A stretch of DNA of 64,000 bases from Candidatus Sulfomarinibacter sp. Its GTDB lineage: Bacteria; Acidobacteriota; Thermoanaerobaculia; Thermoanaerobaculales; Sulfomarinibacteraceae. The notes beneath the pieces are model-generated. The model was not told the DNA's origin and searched no databases. It saw only the letters and a list, made by a program, of their open reading frames with translations. Shown one piece after another: positions 1-10,712 of the stretch. Both the position numbers and the translations under genes were made by a program. The DNA lies in contig JBFFBV010000002.1 of NCBI GenBank assembly GCA_041560205.1, positions 22,278-86,277 of the forward strand. Direction: 5' to 3'. Position 1 is the first letter of the stretch. Each line of letters opens with the position of its first letter.

Positions 1-1143
1 GGGCGCCTGATTCGTCGCGGCCAGATCATCGCTCGTATCGACGAGCGCGAGGCGCGAAACCAGGTCTCCATCTCGTCGGTCGCCCGTGACGAAGCGAAGC
101 TGGCCTTCGATCGGGCCAAGAGCTCCTGGGAGGAAGGTCTCGTCAGCCGCGAGGCCTACGACACGGCGCTGTCGAAGCTGAACTCGACCGAAGCCCAGCT
201 CGAAAGCGCCCAGATCCAGCTCGCCTACACCGAGATCAGAGCGCCCTTCGACGCACTCGTGGTGACCAGGAACATCAAGCTCGCCCAGTACGTCACGCCC
301 GGCACCACCCTGTTTCGGATCTCCGATTTCACGCCGCTCTTGTGCCGGGTCGAGGTCCCGGAAAAAGACCTTCCGCGAATCCAGATCGGTCAGCCGGCCC
401 ACCTGAGGGTCGAGGCCTACCCCGGCGACCGGTTCTCGGCGCAAGTCGCGCGACTGCGACCGACCGTCGACGCTGCGACCGGGACCTTTACCGCGACCCT
501 CGAGGTCGACGGCGAGAACAAGCTCAGGCCCGGCATGTTCGCCTCGGTCTACCTCCAGACCGATACCCGAGAGGGCGCCCTCGTGATCCCGCGCGACGCG
601 CTCGTGCTCGATTCCCTCGGCGACACGGTTTACGTCAAGAACGACGATGTGGCCGAGCGCCGAGAGGTTCGGCTGGGTCTGCGCTCCGAAGATACGGTGG
701 AGGTGCTGGAGGGGCTGGTCGAAGGCGATCTGCTGATCGTGGTCGGCCAGGACGGTCTCGCCGATGGCACCCCGGTCTCCGTGATCGGCGACGAGCCCGC
801 GCCGCAAATGGCCTCGTCGGAAGACGCATCGGGTCCCCCACCCGAAGCGATCGAGAGGATGCGGCAGCGGATGAAGGAACGCGGCATGTCGGACGCAGAG
901 ATCGAGCAGCGGCTGCAACAGATCCGCGAGGACGGTGGTCCAGGCCAGGGACGGGGCCCTTTAGGAGGTTCGGGCCAGATGGCCGGCGGCCAGATTCCGC
1001 CGCGCATGGTGGAGCGGATCAAGAATGCTTCTCCCGAAGAGCTCGAACAGATCAAGGAACGGATGCAACAGTTCGGCATCCCCGAAGACCGCGTCGACGA
1101 GATCATCACCCAAGTGCGCGCCGGCGCCGAGGCCAGGAATTGA
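1..1143 (+). CDS. RND efflux periplasmic adaptor (membrane fusion protein), 5'-truncated by window edge
   Basis: Frame is open from base 1 (GRLIRRGQIIARIDER...). MFP motifs YTEIRAPFD, VEVPEKDL and LRPGMFA are present; gene is directly upstream of an RND permease. Confidence 0.9.
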   Translation, partial: GRLIRRGQIIARIDEREARNQVSISSVARDEAKLAFDRAKSSWEEGLVSREAYDTALSKLNSTEAQLESAQIQLAYTEIRAPFDALVVTRNIKLAQYVTPGTTLFRISDFTPLLCRVEVPEKDLPRIQIGQPAHLRVEAYPGDRFSAQVARLRPTVDAATGTFTATLEVDGENKLRPGMFASVYLQTDTREGALVIPRDALVLDSLGDTVYVKNDDVAERREVRLGLRSEDTVEVLEGLVEGDLLIVVGQDGLADGTPVSVIGDEPAPQMASSEDASGPPPEAIERMRQRMKERGMSDAEIEQRLQQIREDGGPGQGRGPLGGSGQMAGGQIPPRMVERIKNASPEELEQIKERMQQFGIPEDRVDEIITQVRAGAEARN

Positions 1144-1144
1144 A

Positions 1145-1270
1145 GCACCACGTCACGACGGACTCCAAGGGCATCTTTTGTGTGGGCGGTTCTGCGTTTC
1201 AAAGAACCGCCGCTGATTCAATGCTCAGACCCAAAAGAACTTCTCGGTGCTCTTGGCGTCTTGGTGGTGC
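1145..1270. repeat. Imperfect intergenic palindrome with CACCA.../...TTGGTG 9-mer-like arms (family D)
   Basis: gcacca(1145)/tggtgc(1265-1270), tcttttg/caaaaga and inner ggcggttct(1185-1193)/agaaccgcc(1203-1211). Arms resemble those at 19864-20025. Confidence 0.55.
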
Positions 1271-1300
1271 AAGAAGAACACCCATCGGAGAATCGACGAG

Positions 1301-4300
1301 ATGAAGATCGTCGATCTTTCGATTCGTCGGCCGGTGACGGTCTTCATATTCTCGGTGGCGGCAGTCGTCTTCGGGATCGTGGCCTTCCGCAATCTCGCGG
1401 TCAATCTTCTGCCGGACATCTCCTACCCGTCGCTCACGGTGCGCACCACCTACGAGGGCACCGCGCCGGTCGAGATCGAATCCCTGCTGACCCGACCTAT
1501 CGAGAACGCAGTCGGCGTGGTGAACAACGTCGTCCGGGTGACCTCGTCTTCTCGGGCGGATGTCTCCGAGGTGACCCTCGAGTTCGCGTGGGACACCAAC
1601 ATGGATTTCGCCGCCCTCGACGTGCGCGACCGGCTCGACCGCGTGCGGCTGCCGATGGACGCGGAGCTGCCGGTCCTCCTCAAGTACGACCCCTCGCTCG
1701 ACCCCATCATGAGGATCGGTCTGTACGGATCCGACGAGATGGCGCGGCTCCGATTTCTCGGTGAGGAGGACATCAAGCGAGCTCTCGAGCGCATCGAAGG
1801 GGTGGCCGCCGTTGTGGTGTCGGGCGGCCTCGAGGAGGAGATCCAGGTCGAGCTCGACGAGCGCAAGCTGGCCTCTCTCGGACTGTCGGTCGGCCAGATC
1901 GCCAGCCGCTTGGCGGCTGAGAACGTCAACATCACCGGCGGCACGCTGCGCGACGGTCACACCGAGTACCTGGTGAGAACGCTCAACGAGTTTGTCCGTC
2001 CCGAGGACATGCGCTCGATCGTGGTCGACCGCAGCGGCGACGCCATCGTCCGCCTTTCCGATGTGGCCAGGGTCTTCACCGGCCACAAGGAGCGCGAGAT
2101 CATCACCCGCATCGACGGCGCCGAGTCGGTCGAGCTGGCGGTCTACAAGGAAGGTGGCACGAACACGGTCACCGTCTCGAACGCGGTCACCTCGCGCCTC
2201 GACGAGCTGCGCGCCGACCTCGAACGGCTCGACCCCAAGCTCCGCATGGAGGTCATCACCGATCAGGCCCGCTACATCCGCCAGGCGGTGCGCGAGGTCC
2301 TGGAGACCGCCCTGTATGGCGGCATGCTCGCGATTGGGGTGCTTTACCTCTTCCTGCGTTCGATCAAGAAGACCCTCATCGTCTCGGTCTCGATCCCGGT
2401 GTCGGTGGTCGCGACCTTCTTCCTCATGTACGTCTCCGACATCTCCCTCAACATCATGTCGCTGGGGGGCCTGACTCTCGGCGTTGGGCTCTTGGTCGAC
2501 AACGCGATCGTGGTCCTGGAGTCCATTCAGCGGCGACGGGACGACGGGCTCGACGAGGTCGAAGCCGCACGCGTCGGAACATCCGAGGTCGGCCGAGCCA
2601 TCACCGCCTCGACCATGACCACGATCTGCGTTTTCGTGCCGATCGTTTTTGTCGAAGGCGTCGCGGCCCAGCTCTTCCGCGACCAGGCGTTGACGGTCGC
2701 CTTTTCGCTGGTCATCTCGCTGATCGTGGCCCTGACCTTGATTCCGATGCTCGCCTCGCGCACGTTCAGACCCGAGCCGATTCAGGGAGAGTCGAGCGAC
2801 GAGCGAAAGACCGCGGCCCCTCGTCGCTGGCTGGGACAGTTTGTTTTCGCCATTTCGACAGGTCTTCTCTCTGTCGTCGTCGGCATCGGGCGCATTGCCG
2901 GTCGAAGCGCCGCCACCATCCTCAAGCCGGGCCTCGACCTCTTCGATCGAGCTCTTACGGCGGTCGGAGAACGATACTCGATGACGATCGGGCGGGTGCT
3001 CGGACGCCCGCTGGTCGTCTTCGCGGTCGCCATTCTCCTCTTTATCGGCAGCCTCGGGCTCCTCGGCCGACTCGGATCCGAGCTCATTCCGGAGCTCATT
3101 CAGGGTGAGTTCTTCGCCGACATCGAGCTGCCGCCCGGCGCCCGCCTCGAGGTCACCGATCGGCAGCTCGTCGACCTCACCAAGGTGGCCGGAACCATCG
3201 ACAATGCCCGCACCGTCTACACCATCGCCGGCACATCGAACGAGCAGGGCGGGACCGCGGGCGAGCTTCGGGAGTATCTCGGACAGATCACCGTCACCTT
3301 CGATCCACCGGTTTCGAAGGCCATCGAGGATGCCGCCATGAAGACCGTACGCGACGCAATCGATGCCGATAATCGGCTCCTCGAGGGCACGTCGGCGCTG
3401 GCCTCATCGGCTGAGAGGCCTGCGATCGTCGCCCGTTTCGGCCGTCCCTCGTACTTCAGCTTCAAGACCGCGATCGAGGTCGAGATCCGTGGATTCAACC
3501 TCGAGCTTCTGGAACGCCTCGCCGACGAAGCCGTGGCGAGATTTCGGACCGTCGAAGGCCTGGCCGATGTCAGCTCGTCGACCGAGGGTGGGCACCCCGA
3601 GCTCCAGGTCCACCTCAACCGAGACCGCCTCGCGGCCTACGGTCTCGGCGTCTCCGACATCGCCTCCGTCCTGCGAGCGATGGTCCAGGGCCAAGTGGCG
3701 ACCGACATCACCCGTTCCGACCGCACCGTCGACATCAGGATCCGCGCCGCCGAGCAATTCCGCACCTCCGCCAGGGCGCTCGAAAACCTCACCGTGACGC
3801 ACGCCGGCACGACGGCGATTCCCCTGTCGGCGGTCGCCGAAGTGGTCGAGCTGGAGGGACCGGCCGAGATCCGGCGAGCCGACGGCAGCCGCATCGCACG
3901 CATCACCGCCAACCTGTTGGGACGGGACCTCGGTTCGGTGACACGCGACATCCGTGCCGAGCTCGAAAGCATGAACTGGCCCTCCGGCTACGACTGGCGC
4001 CTCGGCGGACAGGAGGAGGAGATGACCACCTCGTTCTCGTCGATGCGCCTGGCCTTCGGGCTCGCCGTCTTCATGGTCTACCTCGTGATGGCCTCGCAGT
4101 TCGAGAGCCTCCTGCACCCCTTCGTCATCATGTTCTCGGTCCCCTTCGCGATCATCGGCGTCCTGGCGACGATGTGGGTCTTCGGGATTACCATCAGCGT
4201 GGTTTCGCTCATCGGCTTCATCCTCCTCGCCGGCATCGTGGTCAACGACGCCATCGTCCTCGTCGATTACGCCAACCAGCTCCGCCGTCAGGGCATGGCC

Positions 4301-4525
4301 AAGCTCGAAGCCCTGGCCCGCGCGGGCAGGGTTCGACTTCGGCCGATCCTCATGACCACCGCGACCACCGTCTTCGGTCTCCTGCCGATGGCCCTGGGTC
4401 TCGGCGAGGGCGCCGAGCTGCGGACACCGATGGCGCTGACGGTCATCGGAGGCATGATCACTTCGACCCTGTTGACACTTCTGGTCGTGCCGGCCGTGTA
4501 CGCGGTATTGGACCGGCGGGCGTAA
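1301..4525 (+). CDS. RND efflux permease, AcrB/AcrD/AcrF family
   Basis: MKIVDLSIRRPV start, GLLVDNAIVVLE, GIVVNDAIVLVD and RLRPILMT motifs; about 1075 aa. ATG at 1301 follows GGAG. Confidence 0.95.
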   Translation: MKIVDLSIRRPVTVFIFSVAAVVFGIVAFRNLAVNLLPDISYPSLTVRTTYEGTAPVEIESLLTRPIENAVGVVNNVVRVTSSSRADVSEVTLEFAWDTNMDFAALDVRDRLDRVRLPMDAELPVLLKYDPSLDPIMRIGLYGSDEMARLRFLGEEDIKRALERIEGVAAVVVSGGLEEEIQVELDERKLASLGLSVGQIASRLAAENVNITGGTLRDGHTEYLVRTLNEFVRPEDMRSIVVDRSGDAIVRLSDVARVFTGHKEREIITRIDGAESVELAVYKEGGTNTVTVSNAVTSRLDELRADLERLDPKLRMEVITDQARYIRQAVREVLETALYGGMLAIGVLYLFLRSIKKTLIVSVSIPVSVVATFFLMYVSDISLNIMSLGGLTLGVGLLVDNAIVVLESIQRRRDDGLDEVEAARVGTSEVGRAITASTMTTICVFVPIVFVEGVAAQLFRDQALTVAFSLVISLIVALTLIPMLASRTFRPEPIQGESSDERKTAAPRRWLGQFVFAISTGLLSVVVGIGRIAGRSAATILKPGLDLFDRALTAVGERYSMTIGRVLGRPLVVFAVAILLFIGSLGLLGRLGSELIPELIQGEFFADIELPPGARLEVTDRQLVDLTKVAGTIDNARTVYTIAGTSNEQGGTAGELREYLGQITVTFDPPVSKAIEDAAMKTVRDAIDADNRLLEGTSALASSAERPAIVARFGRPSYFSFKTAIEVEIRGFNLELLERLADEAVARFRTVEGLADVSSSTEGGHPELQVHLNRDRLAAYGLGVSDIASVLRAMVQGQVATDITRSDRTVDIRIRAAEQFRTSARALENLTVTHAGTTAIPLSAVAEVVELEGPAEIRRADGSRIARITANLLGRDLGSVTRDIRAELESMNWPSGYDWRLGGQEEEMTTSFSSMRLAFGLAVFMVYLVMASQFESLLHPFVIMFSVPFAIIGVLATMWVFGITISVVSLIGFILLAGIVVNDAIVLVDYANQLRRQGMAKLEALARAGRVRLRPILMTTATTVFGLLPMALGLGEGAELRTPMALTVIGGMITSTLLTLLVVPAVYAVLDRRA

Positions 4526-4545
4526 GCCAGCACACGCTTCTCGCA

Positions 4546-4626
4546 GGTGCCACCTTTCGCATTGTTTCCTCTGACGGCGCTCCCCTTCGGCAGGCGGGGA
4601 ATTCAAACAATGCGAAAGGTGGCACC
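4546..4626. repeat. Palindromic dispersed element family A, copy 1
   Basis: Perfect 22-bp inverted repeat GGTGCCACCTTTCGCATTGTTT (4546-4567) / AAACAATGCGAAAGGTGGCACC (4605-4626), followed by flank GGTGTCGTCGAAGCGGCC. Confidence 0.9.
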
Positions 4627-4674
4627 GGTGTCGTCGAAGCGGCCACGCGCCTCCAGTGTCATAGGTTGACAGTG

Positions 4675-4704
4675 TTGACCTTTCCTCCATCGGCGTGTTA
4701 TACG
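4675..4704 (+). promoter_or_regulatory. Putative sigma70 promoter of argR-argG-argH
   Basis: TTGACC (4675-4680), 18-nt spacer, TG-n-TATACG (4696-4704). The palindrome CGCATATGCG overlaps the 3' end of the -10 box and could be an ArgR site. Confidence 0.45.
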
Positions 4705-4725
4705 CATATGCGCATAGAAAGCAGG

Positions 4726-5196
4726 ATGCCCCGCAATCGATCCACCATCCGTCGAATCGAGATCCGCCGGCTGCTCGCGGAGGAAAGGATCACCAGCCAG
4801 GTCGACCTCGTCAGGCTCCTCGGCAAGGCGGGTCATCGGGTCACCCAGTCGACGGTGTCACGCGACCTCTCTGAGCTCGGCGCGCTCAAGATCGCCGAGA
4901 GCGAAGGGCGCGAGCGATATGTTCTACCGGAACACCAGGGGACATTGAACGAGGGTCGAAACCGCTTGCGAAGAACACTTGAGGATTACCTCGAAGGAGC
5001 GGTTCCCTCCGGCAATCTCGTCGTGCTGAAGGTCCGATCGGCGACGGCCGGGACCGTGGCGGCGGCGCTGGACGCCAGCCCGCCGAGAGGCGTGGTCGGC
5101 ACTTTGGCCGGCGATGACACGGTCATCGTGATCGCCGACGAGACGATCGGAGGAGGATCGGTCGCCAAGACGATCATCGGATTTCTGGAGGAATGA
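4726..5196 (+). CDS. argR: Arginine repressor
   Basis: ITSQVDL...[14 protein letters not shown] winged HTH and C-terminal GTLAGDDT; upstream of argG. Alternative ATG at 4708. Confidence 0.92.
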   Translation: MPRNRSTIRRIEIRRLLAEERITSQVDLVRLLGKAGHRVTQSTVSRDLSELGALKIAESEGRERYVLPEHQGTLNEGRNRLRRTLEDYLEGAVPSGNLVVLKVRSATAGTVAAALDASPPRGVVGTLAGDDTVIVIADETIGGGSVAKTIIGFLEE

Positions 5197-5197
5197 T

Positions 5198-6403
5198 GTG
5201 AAGGTCGTACTTGCATACTCGGGTGGACTGGACACGTCAGTCATCCTGCACTGGATCAAACAGACCTATGACGCCGAGGTCATTTCCTACACCGGAAATG
5301 TCGGGCAGATGGACGAGGACCTTGACGAAGTCCGCGAGGCGGCACTCGCAACCGGCGCCTCCGAGGCCGTCGTCGAAGACCTCCGTGAAGCGCTGGTGAC
5401 CGAATGCGTGTACCCGGCTCTCAAGGCCAACGCCGTGTACGAGTGGTACTACCTCCTCGGAACCGCGCTCGCCCGTCCCGTTCTCGCACGAGGATTGGTG
5501 CAGACGGCGGAAGAATTCAACGCCGACGCCATCGCGCACGGTGCCACAGGTAAGGGCAACGACCAGGTTCGATTCGAGCTGTCGGCCTACGCGCTCCAAC
5601 CCGAGATCCGAGTCATCGCGCCGTGGCGCGAGTGGGAGATGAAGGGGAGATCGGATCTGGTCGCCTACGCCGAAGAACACGGTGTGCCGATCCCGGCGGC
5701 GCCAAAACCCGCCTACTCGATGGACGCCAACCTGCTCCACGTTTCCTATGAGGGCGGTGTGCTCGAGGATCCTTGGGCGAGCCCTCCCGATGGCATGTTC
5801 CGCATGACCACGGATCCCGAGGACGCCCCTGACGAGGCCGAAACCGTGAGTGTGCGATTCGAAAAGGGTGAGCCGACCGAGGTCAACGGCATCGGGCTCG
5901 ATCCCGTGACCTTGCTCGAGACGCTCAACACTATCGGCGGTCGCCATGGGGTAGGTCGCGTCGACATCGTCGAGAACCGTTTCCTCGGGATGAAGAGCCG
6001 CGGCGTGTACGAAACCCCGGGCGGCACCATCCTCCACCACGCCCACCGGGCAGTGGAGTCCATCACCCTCGATCGCGAGGTGCAGCACCTACGCGACGAG
6101 CTCGTGCCGAGATACGCGGAGATGGTCTACAACGGGCTCTGGTTCAGTCCCGAGCGCGAGGCGCTCCAGCGCTTCATGGACACGGTCCAGGAACGGGTCG
6201 ACGGCGAGGCGCGGCTCAGGCTTTACAAAGGCGGTGTCATGGTCGAGGGGCGAAGGTCGGAGACCCACACCCTCTACGACGAGGCCGTCGCGACCTTCGA
6301 GGCCGACGAGGTCTACGATCAGGCGGACGCCGCCGGCTTCATCCGTCTCAATGCCCTCCGACTGCGGACGCTCGGCGGCAAGAGGATCTCGGAGGGAGAA
6401 TGA
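5198..6403 (+). CDS. argG: Argininosuccinate synthase
   Basis: [23 protein letters not shown] and [12 protein letters not shown] motifs. Confidence 0.97.
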   Translation: MKVVLAYSGGLDTSVILHWIKQTYDAEVISYTGNVGQMDEDLDEVREAALATGASEAVVEDLREALVTECVYPALKANAVYEWYYLLGTALARPVLARGLVQTAEEFNADAIAHGATGKGNDQVRFELSAYALQPEIRVIAPWREWEMKGRSDLVAYAEEHGVPIPAAPKPAYSMDANLLHVSYEGGVLEDPWASPPDGMFRMTTDPEDAPDEAETVSVRFEKGEPTEVNGIGLDPVTLLETLNTIGGRHGVGRVDIVENRFLGMKSRGVYETPGGTILHHAHRAVESITLDREVQHLRDELVPRYAEMVYNGLWFSPEREALQRFMDTVQERVDGEARLRLYKGGVMVEGRRSETHTLYDEAVATFEADEVYDQADAAGFIRLNALRLRTLGGKRISEGE

Positions 6404-7785
6404 GCCTCCTCCGGCAGATCTTCGACGGCCCCGAAGACGATCTCTTCCGCGCCTTTGCATCGTCCATCGAGATCGACCGGTGGATCGCGGAGGAGGACAT
6501 CGAAGGCTCGATCGCCCACGTCACGATGCTCGGCGAGGTCGGTGTCCTGAGTGGGGACGAGGCAGCCATACTCGTGAACGGCCTCAAGCAGATCCTCGAC
6601 GAGCTCCAGCAGGGCAAATGGGAACCGGACGGCTCGCAAGAGGACATTCACATGGCCGTGGAGGCCCGCCTCACCGAACTGGTCGGGGAGATCGGCGCCA
6701 AGCTCCACACGGCGCGCTCACGGAACGATCAGGTGGCTACCGACGTCCGGCTGTGGTTGAAGCGGCGCCTCGAAACGCTTGCCATCAACCTGCGCGAGCT
6801 GATCGAGACACTCCTCGGTCGCGTGGAAAGAGACGGCCGGGTCCTCATCCCGGGCTACACCCATCTCCAGCGCGGGCAACCGATCTTTCTCGGTCACCAG
6901 CTCCTCGCTCACGCCTGGGCCCTGAGCCGCGATCTCGAGCGGGTCGGCCTCGCGACAACCAGGGTGGACCGCAGCCCCTTGGGCGCCTGCGCCCTGGCCG
7001 GTACTCCCCACCCCATCGACCGCCGGCGGACGTCCGATCTTCTCGGTTTTTCGGCTCCCGTCGAAAATGCGATGGACGCAGTGGCGTCGAGGGATCACCT
7101 TCAGGAGGCGGTATCTGTCTGCGCCATCTGCATGTCAAACGTCTCTCGGATGGCCGAAGAGCTCGTTCTCTGGTCGTCGTCAGAATTCGCCCTGGTCAGA
7201 CTCGATGAGCGCCACACCACCAGCTCGAGCATCATGCCGCAGAAACGGAATCCCGACGGCGCCGAGCTCATCCGCGGCGAAGCAGGTGTCGTTTTCGGGC
7301 ATCTTCAGGCGCTTTTGACCCTGACCAAGGCGATGCCCCTCGCCTACAACCGCGACCTTCAGGTCGAGCGGAGGCCGCTCGTCGAGTCGCTCCTGCGCAC
7401 GATTGCCTCCGTCCGGCTGCTCGCGGCAATGTGGCGAGAACTCCGGGTCATGCCGACACGTTTCGATGACGAACTCTTCGGCGACTTCAGCCTCGCCACC
7501 GATCTCGCTGACCTGCTCGTCACACGAGGGGTCCCCTTCCGGAAGGCGCACCACGCGGTCGCCTCGGCTGTCGCGTGGTGTGAGCGCGAAGGCGGGAAGC
7601 TCTCCCTCCTCGATGACGGTGCCGCAACGAAGTTCCATCCCGATTTCCCAAAAGACCTGAAACCGTGGCTCGATCCTCGAGCCGCCGTCGAACGTCGGAC
7701 CTCGACAGGCGGCACGGCGTCATCCGAAATCGGCCGACAAGTATCCCTGCTGCGCGACCTGATTTCGGATGGTCCAACCGCTTGA
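6400..7785 (+). CDS. argH: Argininosuccinate lyase
   Basis: [32 protein letters not shown] and PLAYNRDLQ motifs; overlaps the argG stop (ATGA). Confidence 0.96.
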   Translation: MSLLRQIFDGPEDDLFRAFASSIEIDRWIAEEDIEGSIAHVTMLGEVGVLSGDEAAILVNGLKQILDELQQGKWEPDGSQEDIHMAVEARLTELVGEIGAKLHTARSRNDQVATDVRLWLKRRLETLAINLRELIETLLGRVERDGRVLIPGYTHLQRGQPIFLGHQLLAHAWALSRDLERVGLATTRVDRSPLGACALAGTPHPIDRRRTSDLLGFSAPVENAMDAVASRDHLQEAVSVCAICMSNVSRMAEELVLWSSSEFALVRLDERHTTSSSIMPQKRNPDGAELIRGEAGVVFGHLQALLTLTKAMPLAYNRDLQVERRPLVESLLRTIASVRLLAAMWRELRVMPTRFDDELFGDFSLATDLADLLVTRGVPFRKAHHAVASAVAWCEREGGKLSLLDDGAATKFHPDFPKDLKPWLDPRAAVERRTSTGGTASSEIGRQVSLLRDLISDGPTA

Positions 7786-7863
7786 GCAGAACCTCCAATG
7801 TCAAAACCGTGAAAAGAACCGAGCCAGGCAAAACTATCCACAGTCTCATTTCGTAGACACGCC

Positions 7864-10098
7864 ATGCCATGCTGGCGGGCCTGCCTCCTGCTTTTCACCG
7901 GCCTTCTCCCGATGATCGCGACCGCCCAGACACCCCCCACCCATGAACGGTCGGCCACGCCTCCATTCCAGATCCCGCGCATCGACGCACGGATTTCGGT
8001 CGATGGAGTCCTCGACGAGGACGTCTGGAAGGAGGCCTGGTCCATCACCCTCGACTACGAGGTTTGGCCCGGTGAGAACACTCCGGCCCCGGTCGAGACC
8101 GAGGTCCTGGTGTACCACGACAGCTCCCGCCTCTACATCGGCTTTCGCGCGCACGATCCGCAGCCGAAGGCGATCCGCGCCCACTTCACGGATCGCGACC
8201 AGGCGTGGGCGGACGACTGGGTCGGCGTCATGCTCGACACCTTCAACGACGAGCGTCGCAATTACGTGTTCATCGTCAATCCCTTGGGGGTGCAGTCCGA
8301 CAGCATCGAGCTGGAGGCCAACGGCCAGACGCCGTGGGACGGCATCTGGGCATCCGCCGCCGCCATCACCGACTGGGGGTGGTCGGCCGAGATGGAGATC
8401 CCCTTCTCCACTCTCAGGTTTCAGCGCAGCGAAGGCCCGCAGGTCTGGGGCTTCGACGCCAGTCGGATGTATCCGCGCAGCCTTTCCCACCAGATGGGGA
8501 CCTTTCCGCGCGACCGCAGCAACAACTGCTACCTCTGCCAGGCGAAGAAAATCGAGGGCTTTGCGGGCGTCTCTCCGGGACGCAACATCGAGTTCGTCCC
8601 GACCCTGGTCGCCTCACGCACCGACGAGCGCGAGGAGCTCCCCGACGGGCAGCTCGTCAACGGCGACCCCGATGTCGAGCTCGGCCTTACCGCCCGCTGG
8701 GGCGTCACGCCGAATCTCACCTTGAGCGGTACGATCAACCCGGACTTCTCGCAGGTCGAGGCGGACGCGCTCCAGCTCACAGTCAACCGGCCCTTCGCCA
8801 TCTTCTTCCCCGAGCTCCGTCCCTTCTTCATGGAAGGGGCCGATTTCTTCGAAACCCCGATGAACATCGTCTACACGCGACTGATGCGCGAGCCCGAGTG
8901 GGGCCTCAAGCTGACTGGCAAGGACGGCCAGCACACCATCGGCGCCTATGTGGTCGATGACGAGATCACGAACCTCATCATCCCCGGCAGCGAAAGCTCT
9001 GACTTCGCGGTCCTCGAGCAACCGAACACCGCCACCGTTTTGAGATACAAGTACGACATCGGCAACCGATTCACGCTCGGCGGGATCTTCACCAACCGCA
9101 GCGGTGACGAGTATCTGAATCGGGTCGCCGGGATCGACGGCGACCTCCGTTTTTCCGCAAGGGACCGAGTGCTCGTGCAGGCCCTGCGTTCGAGCACGCA
9201 CTACCCCGTCGAAATTGTCGAAGACTTCGAACAGCCCGAAGCCACCTTCGACGACTGGGCCGCGGAGATCGTCTACCTCCACAACACCCGTACCTGGGAG
9301 TGGTGGGCCGTGTGGTCCGACATCGGCAAGGGTTTCCGGGCCGACCTCGGCTTCATGCCGCAGGTGAATCGGATCCACCGGGAGGCGGGTCTCGGCTACC
9401 AGTGGAATGCGACCGATTCGAGCTGGTACTCGCGCATGGACATCAAGGCCAAGATCGCGGACACCGTCGACCAGACCGGTTTCCTCCTCTTCCACGAAGA
9501 CGTCGTCCAGTTCACTGTCGAGGGACCGATCCAGTCCCACTCGGTCATCCGTCCGAGCAGGGTTCGAGAGGGTTTCGACGGCCAGCAGTACGATTTCAAC
9601 CGCCTGAGGCTCCATTTCTGCGGCAGGCCCAACGGACACAGCCAGCTCTGGTTCAACCTTCACGGTGGTGGTCAGGTCGACTACGTCAACTCCCGCCCCG
9701 GAGATTTTCTCAACCTCAACGCGGGCCTCTGGTATCGCTTCGGACGACACCTCTCCCTCGAGCCGGGGTACACGCGCGAGACGATGGATGTCGACGAAGG
9801 GTGGCTCTACACGACATCCATCGCGCAGCTCGCCGCCTCGTGGCAGTTCAACCCACGATGCTTCGTTCGCGCGATCCTCCAGCACGTCGACAACGAATTC
9901 AACACCGACCTCTACGACGACGACCGCGATGCCGAGGAGCAGAGGCTCTTCACCCAGTTCCTCTTTTCCTACAAGCTCAACCCGCGAACGGTCTTCTTTC
10001 TCGGTTACTCGGACAACTCATTCGCCAATCAGGGTCATGGGCTCGTTCTCGGAGACCGCACGATCTTCGCCAAGATCGGCTACGCGTGGGTGTTGTGA
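7864..10098 (+). CDS. Exported protein, CBM9-like N-terminus plus DUF5916-type beta-barrel
   Basis: Signal peptide, ISVDGVLDEDVW, WSAEMEIPFSTLRF and TINPDFSQVEAD...FFPELRPFFMEG; ends in a barrel-like AKIGYAW. Confidence 0.75.
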   Translation: MPCWRACLLLFTGLLPMIATAQTPPTHERSATPPFQIPRIDARISVDGVLDEDVWKEAWSITLDYEVWPGENTPAPVETEVLVYHDSSRLYIGFRAHDPQPKAIRAHFTDRDQAWADDWVGVMLDTFNDERRNYVFIVNPLGVQSDSIELEANGQTPWDGIWASAAAITDWGWSAEMEIPFSTLRFQRSEGPQVWGFDASRMYPRSLSHQMGTFPRDRSNNCYLCQAKKIEGFAGVSPGRNIEFVPTLVASRTDEREELPDGQLVNGDPDVELGLTARWGVTPNLTLSGTINPDFSQVEADALQLTVNRPFAIFFPELRPFFMEGADFFETPMNIVYTRLMREPEWGLKLTGKDGQHTIGAYVVDDEITNLIIPGSESSDFAVLEQPNTATVLRYKYDIGNRFTLGGIFTNRSGDEYLNRVAGIDGDLRFSARDRVLVQALRSSTHYPVEIVEDFEQPEATFDDWAAEIVYLHNTRTWEWWAVWSDIGKGFRADLGFMPQVNRIHREAGLGYQWNATDSSWYSRMDIKAKIADTVDQTGFLLFHEDVVQFTVEGPIQSHSVIRPSRVREGFDGQQYDFNRLRLHFCGRPNGHSQLWFNLHGGGQVDYVNSRPGDFLNLNAGLWYRFGRHLSLEPGYTRETMDVDEGWLYTTSIAQLAASWQFNPRCFVRAILQHVDNEFNTDLYDDDRDAEEQRLFTQFLFSYKLNPRTVFFLGYSDNSFANQGHGLVLGDRTIFAKIGYAWVL

Positions 10099-10099
10099 G

Positions 10100-10576
10100 T
10101 CACTCCGAGGCGCCCTGGACCTCGAATCGGGTCCAGTGGACATCTGCGTTGTCCGTGAATCGGAGGGTCGTGCCGGGCTCGTCGAGGAACAGATCGACGG
10201 CGTGCTTGGTCCCGGCCAGATCGCGATAGAAGACCGTGTAGTGATTGATGTCCCCGATCTTCTCGGTGTCCATGCCCGTCACCTTGAACTTGACGACACC
10301 GGTGCCCCCGGTTCCGAACATGACGGTGTCTCGCTGAAATTCCACATACCGGTCGGTGAACTCGGGGTCGGAGGTCGTCCAGAGCCCGAAGAGCCGCGGC
10401 GCAACTTCCTTGAACTGGGGCTTTTCCCACAGAACGAGGCGCGCGCCCACGATTGCCACGACGACCACCACGAGCAGACCCACAAGGATCCTCGCGGTGG
10501 TCAGAACTCCGGGTTCCTCCTCTTCGAACTCCTCGAGGTCTTCCCAGTCGTCCTCGTCGTAGTCTCGCCGAGCCAT
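10100..10576 (-). CDS. Hypothetical single-TM membrane protein (paralog of 10713-11171)
   Basis: Acidic N-terminus, one hydrophobic segment, then LFGLWTTSDPEFTDRY...FGTGGT...YRDLAGT. Confidence 0.75.
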   Translation of the reverse strand: MARRDYDEDDWEDLEEFEEEEPGVLTTARILVGLLVVVVVAIVGARLVLWEKPQFKEVAPRLFGLWTTSDPEFTDRYVEFQRDTVMFGTGGTGVVKFKVTGMDTEKIGDINHYTVFYRDLAGTKHAVDLFLDEPGTTLRFTDNADVHWTRFEVQGASE

Positions 10577-10712
10577 ACGACCCTCCGTCACAACGTACCA
10601 TACGCCTCAGAGGGTCAGAATACCACCTCGCTCCGGCGACCACGCACCTCCACCGAGCATTGATCTTCCGCGAGAAAAGCTCTCTTGGGAGGGGAAGAAT
10701 GCTGCGCGGTGG

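Noticed and set aside
4726-7785. argR-argG-argH without argCJBDF as a novel truncated pathway
   Set aside because: Split arg clusters are common, and the other genes may lie outside the window.
7834-7842. DnaA-box-like CTATCCACA
   Set aside because: A single mismatched box with no cluster or origin context.
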